64,000 nucleotides of DNA. Origin: a virus. The stretch lies in IMG/VR virus record IMGVR_UViG_3300045988_034528. The stretch is one strand, 5' to 3'. Positions 42,479 through 51,000 of this stretch are shown piece after piece. A program made the translations under genes and the position numbers. Within the stretch, counting starts at the first letter, position 1; every line of letters starts with the position of its first letter. The notes beneath the pieces are model-generated. The model was not told the origin of the DNA. It searched no databases and saw nothing but the letters and a program-made list of their open reading frames with translations.

Positions 42479-42946
42479 ATGGCTAAAATAATTCTTTGTA
42501 GAGGTATTCAAGGTAGTGGTAAGACTACTTGGGCTAAACAATATTGTAAGGAGCATCCCAATACTATTAGGGTAAATAGGGATGATATTAGGCAGATGTT
42601 TAGCAAAAAATGGTCTAAGGAATTGGAACAAATAGTAATAGATACAGAATTGAGAACTATAGACAATGCTCTATATGAGGAGATGGATGTTGTAGTAGAT
42701 GATGTATCTAATCTTAATAAGTCTACTGTAGATAAAATCTGGAATATTGTTAGAAAATATCAGCAGATGAGGAGTATTTCTGATTATGGTATAATCTACC
42801 AAGACTTCTCTACCCCTCTACAAGTTTGTATAGACAGAGACTCTAAAAGGGAACATCCTATAGGAGAGAAGGTAATAAGAGAAACTTACGAAAAATATAA
42901 AGATATAATAGAAGATAGTATGTTTAATAGTATTCAAGAAAACTAA
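42479..42946 (+). CDS. P-loop kinase (AAA_33 / polynucleotide kinase-like)
   Basis: N-terminal Walker A ILCRGIQGSGKTTWAK and Walker B-like VVVDDVSN. Confidence 0.6.
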   Translation: MAKIILCRGIQGSGKTTWAKQYCKEHPNTIRVNRDDIRQMFSKKWSKELEQIVIDTELRTIDNALYEEMDVVVDDVSNLNKSTVDKIWNIVRKYQQMRSISDYGIIYQDFSTPLQVCIDRDSKREHPIGEKVIRETYEKYKDIIEDSMFNSIQEN

Positions 42947-42947
42947 T

Positions 42948-43121
42948 ATGGAAAAGACTAATTTAATAGTGTTAGATTTTAATACTAGTAGTGTACATAT
43001 TTATAATAATGTTACCTATACAGAAGATATTGATTCTTTATTAAAAGAATTAAATCATAATATTGATGAAGTATCTTATATGTGGTCTGATAATCTAAAT
43101 ATTGAATTTAAACAACTATAA
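42948..43121 (+). CDS. hypothetical small protein (57 aa)
   Basis: MEKTNLIVLDFNTSSVHIYNNVTYTEDIDSLLKELNHNIDEVSYMWSDNLNIEFKQL. Confidence 0.4.
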   Translation: MEKTNLIVLDFNTSSVHIYNNVTYTEDIDSLLKELNHNIDEVSYMWSDNLNIEFKQL

Positions 43122-43123
43122 TT

Positions 43124-43477
43124 ATGGATAACTATCCTAAGTTAACTACAAGTGAAGAAGCTAGTTCTCCATGGAATAAGAAAGAAAATAAACCTGTAGA
43201 AATAGAAGTTACAGTATGTTTATCTATCTCTAAAACTTTTAAAATTACAGTAGATGATTATAAGGTAATAGAGGATGATGATGGTACTACCTTTAATGAT
43301 TATACTTATTGTAATTTAGAAGAAGCAGTAGAAAAACAAATATATTTACCTCATGAAGTAGGTGATATACTTAATGATAGTTTTATAAGTAAAGATATTA
43401 CTAACCCTAATTATTCTTTAATAATTAAAGATGTAAGAGGATGGAATATAGACGATTTTAAAGTAATTCAAGAATGA
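43124..43477 (+). CDS. hypothetical protein
   Basis: 117-aa ORF. Confidence 0.6.
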   Translation: MDNYPKLTTSEEASSPWNKKENKPVEIEVTVCLSISKTFKITVDDYKVIEDDDGTTFNDYTYCNLEEAVEKQIYLPHEVGDILNDSFISKDITNPNYSLIIKDVRGWNIDDFKVIQE

Positions 43478-43641
43478 AAAATAAAATAGATTATATAACA
43501 ATAATAAGAGTAATACTTGCTCTTATTATTGTTTTAATAATAGTGTATGGTTTATTTCATTATTTACCTACACTATTAGCTTTATTTATTGTCTGTTTAT
43601 TAGGTCTGATTGCAATAGATATTTTTGAAGAAGAAATATAA
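43474..43641 (+). CDS. hypothetical small membrane protein (55 aa)
   Basis: ATGA overlap. MKNKIDYITIIRVILALIIVLIIVYGLFHYLPTLLALFIVCLLGLIAIDIFEEEI. Confidence 0.4.
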   Translation: MKNKIDYITIIRVILALIIVLIIVYGLFHYLPTLLALFIVCLLGLIAIDIFEEEI

Positions 43642-43666
43642 TTAAATATAACTAAATATAATTAAA

Positions 43667-43879
43667 ATGAAAATAGTTCAACAAAATACTTATAAAATAG
43701 AATATATAGATTATGGTTTAAAGGAGGTTACTTTAGTAGAAGCTGATAGCTTCGAAGAGGCATTAAATATATTTAATGAGTATAATAGTAATAATAATAA
43801 TAAATTAAGGATGATTAGTATTTCTAAAGGTACTTCTGTTCTTAAACCTTTAATTAAAACAATTACTGTAGAAATATAA
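43667..43879 (+). CDS. hypothetical protein
   Basis: 70-aa ORF. Confidence 0.55.
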   Translation: MKIVQQNTYKIEYIDYGLKEVTLVEADSFEEALNIFNEYNSNNNNKLRMISISKGTSVLKPLIKTITVEI

Positions 43880-43883
43880 TTAT

Positions 43884-44498
43884 ATGAGTAAAGTTATTAG
43901 AATGGAAAAGGCTACTCTTTGGAAGAGAGCCTTAAATGCTGCAAGAAGAACTATAGGTAAAAATCCTTTAGATAAAGAACCCTCTAATAGTTGGAAAGCT
44001 AAAATGCTTTTAGCTGAACATAGTCCTATAAGACTAATTGAATATGAATGGACTTGGTCTGACATTATGCAATGGGTTACTACGCATCTAGTTAGACACC
44101 ATGAAGGCTGTGAGAAGTTTGTTCATTCTCAAAGAGGAGATAGAAGAGCTATCTTAGATGAGTATAATGTATCTTCAAGGAATGAACTACCACAAGGTGC
44201 TACAAATGATATGGATATGACAGCTAATGCTCAGGCTTTGATAAGTATATCAAGAAAGAGACTGTGTAATTGTGCATCTAAGGAAACAAGAGAGGCTTGG
44301 AAACAGGTACAAGATGCTATTAGGGAAGTAGACCCAGTAATGGCAGATAAGATGGTTCCAGAGTGTATCTATAGAGGATTCTGTCCTGAATTTATGAATT
44401 CCTGTGGATATGCAAATACAGAGAAGTATCAGCAGGACTTGAAGAGATATAGAAGCACTAATTATGGTGAAAGTGGATATTTGATAAATAATAACTAA
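43884..44498 (+). CDS. thyX: flavin-dependent thymidylate synthase (ThyX-like)
   Basis: LVRHHEGCEKFVHSQRGDRR resembles the ThyX RHRxxSxxxxSxR signature (second Arg replaced by His). The size (204 aa) and the nucleotide-metabolism context fit. Confidence 0.6.
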   Translation: MSKVIRMEKATLWKRALNAARRTIGKNPLDKEPSNSWKAKMLLAEHSPIRLIEYEWTWSDIMQWVTTHLVRHHEGCEKFVHSQRGDRRAILDEYNVSSRNELPQGATNDMDMTANAQALISISRKRLCNCASKETREAWKQVQDAIREVDPVMADKMVPECIYRGFCPEFMNSCGYANTEKYQQDLKRYRSTNYGESGYLINNN

Positions 44499-44554
44499 TT
44501 TGATATGATTGAGCAAATAAATCAGTTAAAGCTAAGAATAACAAATCTTCCAGC

Positions 44555-44908
44555 TTGTATGTGCATAGATTAGTGGCTCAATCTTTTGTAGCAAATCCTA
44601 ATGGTTATATAGAAATTAACCATATAGATGAAAATAAGAGAAATAATCACCACTCTAACTTAGAATGGTGTAGCAGAGTCTATAATTGCAATCATGGTAG
44701 TAGAAACAATAAGATTGGCATGGCTTCTTCAATGAATAAGCTTACCCCAGTTATGCAGCTATCCAAAGAAGGTACTATTATTAATACTTTTAATAGTATT
44801 AATGAAGCTGGAGAATATCTTGGTAAGAATCCTTCTCACATATCCAGTTGTTGTACAGGTAAAAGAAGAACAGCTTTTGGCTTTGTTTGGAAATACCTGA
44901 ACAACTAA
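44555..44908 (+). CDS. HNH homing endonuclease remnant lacking the N-terminal (NUMOD4-like) domain
   Basis: (L)YVHRLVAQSFVANPNGYIEINHIDENKRNNHHSNLEW...NHGSRN...INEAGEYLG...GKRRTAFGFVWKY. The frame opens only at 44513. No ATG precedes the VHRLVA box (the track uses TTG). Confidence 0.6.
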   Translation: MYVHRLVAQSFVANPNGYIEINHIDENKRNNHHSNLEWCSRVYNCNHGSRNNKIGMASSMNKLTPVMQLSKEGTIINTFNSINEAGEYLGKNPSHISSCCTGKRRTAFGFVWKYLNN

Positions 44909-44918
44909 TTCCTATAAT

Positions 44919-44957
44919 GGAGGGTAAGTTAAACACTTATTCTCCCTTTAGCTTTTT
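44919..44957 (+). terminator. probable rho-independent terminator
   Basis: GGAGGGTAAGT-TAAAC-ACTTATTCTCC (two G-U pairs) followed by CTTTAGCTTTTT. Confidence 0.5.
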
Positions 44958-44966
44958 GAATAAAAG

Positions 44967-44998
44967 CTTGTGTATCACAATTAAATTCCTTACTTTTG
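44967..44998 (+). promoter_or_regulatory. Bacteroides-type promoter upstream of the giant RNAP gene
   Basis: CTTG-TGTATCACAATTAAATTCCT-TACTTTTG-CA (TTG, 20 nt, TAnnTTTG), 22 nt before the ATG at 45020. Confidence 0.55.
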
Positions 44999-45019
44999 CA
45001 CAAATAATACTTTTAATAT

Positions 45020-48000
45020 ATGAGTACAAATCCAACTTGTTTAGTAGTAACTCCTAAAATAAGAGAGTTAGCAGCAAAATTTCCAAATGAAACAGTAGAA
45101 TCTGTAAAGAATCTTGTATCATTATGGCAAGCTAAAAATAATAAGTCTAGTGAGGATATTCCATTAGGTAGTGAACTCAATGCTTTTATTAAGGAGATTA
45201 GAAAGGAAAGCCCAACTACTGCTCTGCCTATTAGTAAATATGTGAATACTGAGGGTAAGAATAAGGGCTTTCTTACAAAGAAAGGGAAAGAATTACTTAG
45301 TACTTCCTTTGATAAAGAAAAATTTAATGAAGGAACTACTAAAGTAAGTATGTATCCTGGATCTAGTGGGACAGAAATCAGAATTGATTTTACCAGCCCT
45401 ACTACAGGTAATAGTGCTTTTGCCATTTATTATGGTAGTCCTACAAGAAAGATTTGGGATTTATTCAATAGTAGTGGAAGTAATGCTACTAATGTTAATG
45501 ATGATAGGTATTGGAATAATATAAATAAGATTGTTCCTGAATCTATTAGAGATTTAGTAGAATCTGGTAAATATAGTGAGATGGATAGTACTGCCGTTGA
45601 AACTGACCCTGAAACCTTAATGGTTAAAAGAACTGCCTTAGAAGATTATTTTGAGAAAGAATATAATGTTCTAAAATGGGGAAGAAGTACGGAGTATAAT
45701 ACTATACAGATAAAAAAAGCTATTAGCCTTCTTTCAAGACCAGAAGAGAAAACTACAGATGCACTCAGTAGTTCTTTTGATACTCCAAGAGTTACTTCTG
45801 TTGAGGAGCAGCAAAAGGTGGACCTACTCTTTGATCCAAAAACAAGAAAAGATAGAGTGACACTTATTGCAAGACTCTTCAGCAATGAAGTTGATGATGC
45901 CTTGCAGGAAATTGCTGATTCTTTGAAGAGAAGAATTGATGATGCCAGTGGTGTAGAAAGAGAAGAATTACAGGCTGAACTTAATAGCTTGGATAGATTC
46001 TCTGCTATAAAGAAGTGCACTCCTGCTGGTATATTCAAGAGAGTGGCTAACATCTTTAATTCTTATGTACAGGATACAGAGGAAGGTAGAATACAGCAAG
46101 AACTTAATAAGATTAATGCTGAGGAAAATGCTCTTATTGAAGCTGGAGAAATAGATGAATCTGAAAGATTTTCTGATGAAGAAAAACTGGAAGCTGCCAA
46201 GAAGAAAGCTGCTTATAAGAATCAGGAGTATAAGAAGATAGTTGATGACCCCAGTGTTTATAAAGCTCTTGCTGAGAAAGCAAGTACTTTGCTTGTAATG
46301 ACTGAGGGTATTAGAATGGACCCTAACTACATTGCGCCTGCTGATGCAAACCTCAATGATGATGACCCTGAGGGTAACAGTGAGGTAGATGATGAAGCAG
46401 AGGATTGGAGACAAGAAGAGGCTTATAAGGATGGGTGGATGACTAATTTCAGACAAGTAAGTTCACAGGAGTCTTTATCACAAGCTGTAAGAAAAGTAAT
46501 CAGACAAGTACCTAAACTTGATTATGAAGGAATGTATGAAGAGGATGATTTAGGTTTTACAAGATACCTTGATGCTGACTATGTTCATGCTACTCTTATA
46601 GACAAGTTAAGGAACATGATTAACTCTGATGACATGATCCCTTTATTAGAAAATATGGCTAAGATTAAACCTTGGGTTAATCAAGTAATAGAATTACTTC
46701 AAGGTGATGAGACTTTGTTCTCTCAATTCTACCAAGACTTCAGAAAGGACTTTATGCCTTACTGGATTCAAAAGAAGAAGATGCTACCTGATGGTACTTT
46801 CAAGATGGAAACTATTGCTGTTAATAAGCCTGAAGGTGTATATTATCTCCTTGATGCTTGGAGAGACAACTATGAGAATGGAGTACAGCTTGATGATGAT
46901 AGTGTATATGAGAAGAATGGAGAAATAAATAAGGATAATGCAGCTAAAGGTTTACAATGGACTGTGACATTGAACAATATGTTCCAGAACCTTGATACAG
47001 AATCCAGACTTCAACTCTTGGAGAGAGAAGATGTATGGAATACCATAATGAAGTTACTTCATATGTTAGGTATTGATGCTAATCCTTCTGTATTGAGAAC
47101 TGCATTAACTGATATAAAGACAACTCCAGGTATCACATTTACTGACCCAATTATGCTTCTTTTACCACAATTAAATATTATATTTAGTGGTATTAAGAAA
47201 GGAGAAATCAAGTCTGAGACAAGAGAGGATGGTACTGAGAAGAGAGGAGACCTTATCAATACTTTTGGCTCTGCTTACAATATGATTGCAAGTATGATGG
47301 CAGAAGTAACTGAGGATGATATTGAAAGTAGTGTCAGGGAGAATGATAAGTCTTACTATTCTCATGTTACTCCTAACTATTTAGGTAAACTTATTAAGAA
47401 TCTCAAGAATGTTATGAATGACAAGGAGAGATTTGAACAGTTTATGCAGACTGAGTTTAAACAGTATGAGTGGTTCTTTAAGGATGGTCATTGGAGAAAT
47501 GACTGGCTAAGACAACTTACAGAGTCTGATGAATTAAGAAAAGGTCTTAATCATAAAGTAGTACTAAATTCTGATAAGGTAGACTATACTAATTGGGATG
47601 ATTTGGACTATACTTTAGTTCTTCTTACAGAATATTGGGGAGACCCTGATTCTACAAAATCAAGTATAAAGTATGCTTGGTATCATGTTCCTATTCTTTC
47701 AGATAGTCCTTCTGCTGAGTTTATCAGATTTAGAAAGTACACAACAGGTGATGTGCTTGATGAGAATGGTAAGAAGAGAACCTATGATGATGTTATCCTT
47801 GACAAGTTAGTAGACTTAGTAAATCAGGAATATGACAGAATCATGCTGGTTAGAGAAAGGGATGAGGCTTATCAAAGTGGAGATAAGAGTGTGGAACCTA
47901 TTGCAAACTATGATATTGTCAGAAAGAAAGATGGCAGTATAAAGAGTATGGGAGGTGCAGAATTTAAGTTCCTTCCTTCACTTAACAACCTCAGATATGA

Positions 48001-51000
48001 CAATGGAGAGACATTCATTGATAGGTTAAGCAGACTTAAATCCAAAGGTACTGGTGCTGAACTTAGGAACTTCCTAAGAACTACTCTTAATGACATAATG
48101 GAAGATGGTTTTGAACAAACCTACAAAGGTTGGGTAAGAGTAGGACTGCTTGATGAACTTCCTAATGGTAAGTACAAGTATCTTCCTTTTGAAGGTCAAT
48201 CCAAGCAGAATGCAATAACTGCAAAGGCACTCATTAAGGCTAAAGATGCTTTAGGTTCATTATGGAATACCAATATGGCTCTAATGCTTAGAGCCTATAA
48301 CAATAATAGTGCTTTTGATAGTAGGGAAGCTAATAGCCTAATGGAGCAAATCAAGGCATTACTTACAGATAAGACAACAAGAGGTGAGATGAAGTTGAAA
48401 GATGCCCAATCAATCTCAAGAAGTCTGTTTGTTAAGAACAATGCTAAGGATGCACTTAGGGAATACTATTGGAACAGTAAGTTAGCTACTTCACAAATTA
48501 TCCAGCTTACTACTACAGACCTTGCCTTCTATAAGAATCTTGAGGACTTTCAGAAGAGATATAAGGAGGTTCATGCTCCTGCCCTCAGACTGAATACTAA
48601 GGCTACTTATAAAGGTGAGAGAATTGGTAGGGATTGGGAAAGAACCATCTACTTGAAGGATGATGAGATAGTATCTTCTGTACTTGAAGACATCAAGACT
48701 GTACTTGATGAAAGGGTTAGAAGAAATGAAATGACCAAGATAGACAGAGATAATATCATCAGCAAGTTTAGAAATGTGAATGTAGCAGATGCTCAGGCAT
48801 ATAGAAGTTTGAGTTCCTATAGGGCAATACTTGGCATGTCAGGTCAGTGGACAGATGATATGGAGCAAGCATATAACAACTTCAAGAATGGAGATTGGAA
48901 TATTAAAGACTTCAATATCATTTGGCAGACTAAGAAGCCTTATGTTTATACACAAGTCAATAATAACAGTGGCATTAAAGGTCATACTGGAATTAAGACT
49001 CCTGTACAACATAAGAACTCAGAGTTTCTATTACTTGCTATACATGAACTAATTGCTGGTCCTTTAGGAAAGTCAGGCAAGCTGAAAGCCATAAATAAGT
49101 TTATGGAGGATAATCAGATTGATGTAGTTCAGTTTGAATCTACTACTAAGGTTGGAAAACAAGGTGTAATAGATTTGAATGATGTAAATACTGAAGCTGA
49201 TGTAATCCAAAGACTTAAAGATACTACAGGTATTGGATTTGGTAATGAGAATCCTAATGTAGTACATAAGGTATCTTATGAAGATTATGGTATTCAGACT
49301 GCAACTCCTGAACATGCTATTGATACAGTTCAGTTGGTAGGTACTCAGATTAGAAAGCTAATTACTGCTGACATCTCTGATGATACAATCATTGAAGTTA
49401 ATGGTAAGAAGATGACTAAGAAAGAGTGGATTGACCTGTACAATGCCATCAATACTGAGAATATTCTTCAAGCATTTGCTGATGTAGATAAGATATTCAA
49501 AGACCCAAAGAAGGTAGAAGAAATCTTACTTGAAGAGATAAGAGGTAATCAGAGATATGGTATGGATATGATGAGGGCTTGTACTCTTGATGAGAACAAT
49601 AACTTCAATATACCTCTCTTTGACCCTGTACAATCTCAAAGAGTACAAACTCTTCTTAATAGCGTAATTAAGGGTGGTAGTAAGAAAGTATCAGGAATTA
49701 CTAAGCAAAAGATTAGAGGTGGAGCATTAATTCAGGTATCTGATTATGGCTTAACTGACCAACTAAACATTGTATTCAAAGACAAGAATGGCAATCCTTT
49801 GAATTATGAACTTTATAAAAAGGAGTATCCTAATACCACAAGGGAAAGCTATGAAGAATTTGTCAAGAATGCCCAAAAGGAAGGTGGGTTGTCTATCATG
49901 TATCTTGAATGTTATATGCCTGCATATAGTAGAAAGTTTTATGAGCCTCTTATGGACCCAAATACTCATCAGCTTGATGTAACTAAACTTCCTGATGATT
50001 TGAGAAAGTTGATTGGATATAGAGTTCCAACAGAGGATAAGTACTCAATGGCTCCTCTGTATATTAAGGGATTCCTTCCTCAACAGAATGGTTCTGCAAT
50101 CATGCTTCCTGCTGAGATTACTACTCTATCAGGTTCTGACTTTGATGTGGATAAGATGTATATCATGTTACCTGAGTTTAATATTAAGAAACTATATAAT
50201 ATCAAGGGAGCTTGGGATGATTTCTATCTTAATAACCCAGATATTGTAGATGAGATTGATAGAAACTTAGGTGAGGCACTTACACAATTTATTAAAGAGC
50301 AGACTGAAGATTGGGATGAGGCAGCAGACTTGGATGATATAGAAGATATAACAAAAGAGTTTAAGGAATGGTTAAAGAAAGAAGGTATTAAAAGATACCA
50401 ATTCTCTGAAACTGCGCAGAAGAGATTCTCTGAATGGTTCAGAACTAATAAGAAGAATTACTTCATTAAGGAGAATATAGAAAAGATAAAGTATGACTTC
50501 AATAAGTCTCCACAGGAGAATAGTCTTAAGGCAAGAAATAACTTGTTGATAGATATGATGTATGGAGTTTTGACTAATGCAGATACAGCTTCAAAGATTC
50601 TTAACCCAGGTGGTTTTGATTATCAGAAGAAGGCTGCAAGAATTATGACCATTCTCAATGATTCTTATGAGAGTGACTTGGCTCAAGCATTAAAGGATGT
50701 AGGTGTAGAACTTAATAAGACTGTACAGAAAGGTGAAAAGTCTTATCCTAAGTCTATTGCTTCATATCTATTTGACTTAGACCTTGATACTCTTGATAAG
50801 TTGGCAGAGAAAACAAAGGTCAAGATGGACCCATTATCACCAAGAACTCAAGTAATGTTACATCAACAAAACATGACTGGTGCTAAGTTGATTGGTATTT
50901 ATGCCAACCATAATGCAAACCATGCTTTGATGCAACATACAGCATCTAATAAAGATGAAGATAAAGGTTTAGCTCTTAGTAAAGAGTATGGCTCATTTGT

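Noticed and set aside
42181-42631. Minus-strand track ORFs 42181..42411 and 42389..42631
   Set aside because: They run opposite to the transcription direction of the whole 45-kb block and overlap the P-loop kinase start. The three small plus-strand ORFs with coupled junctions explain the region better.
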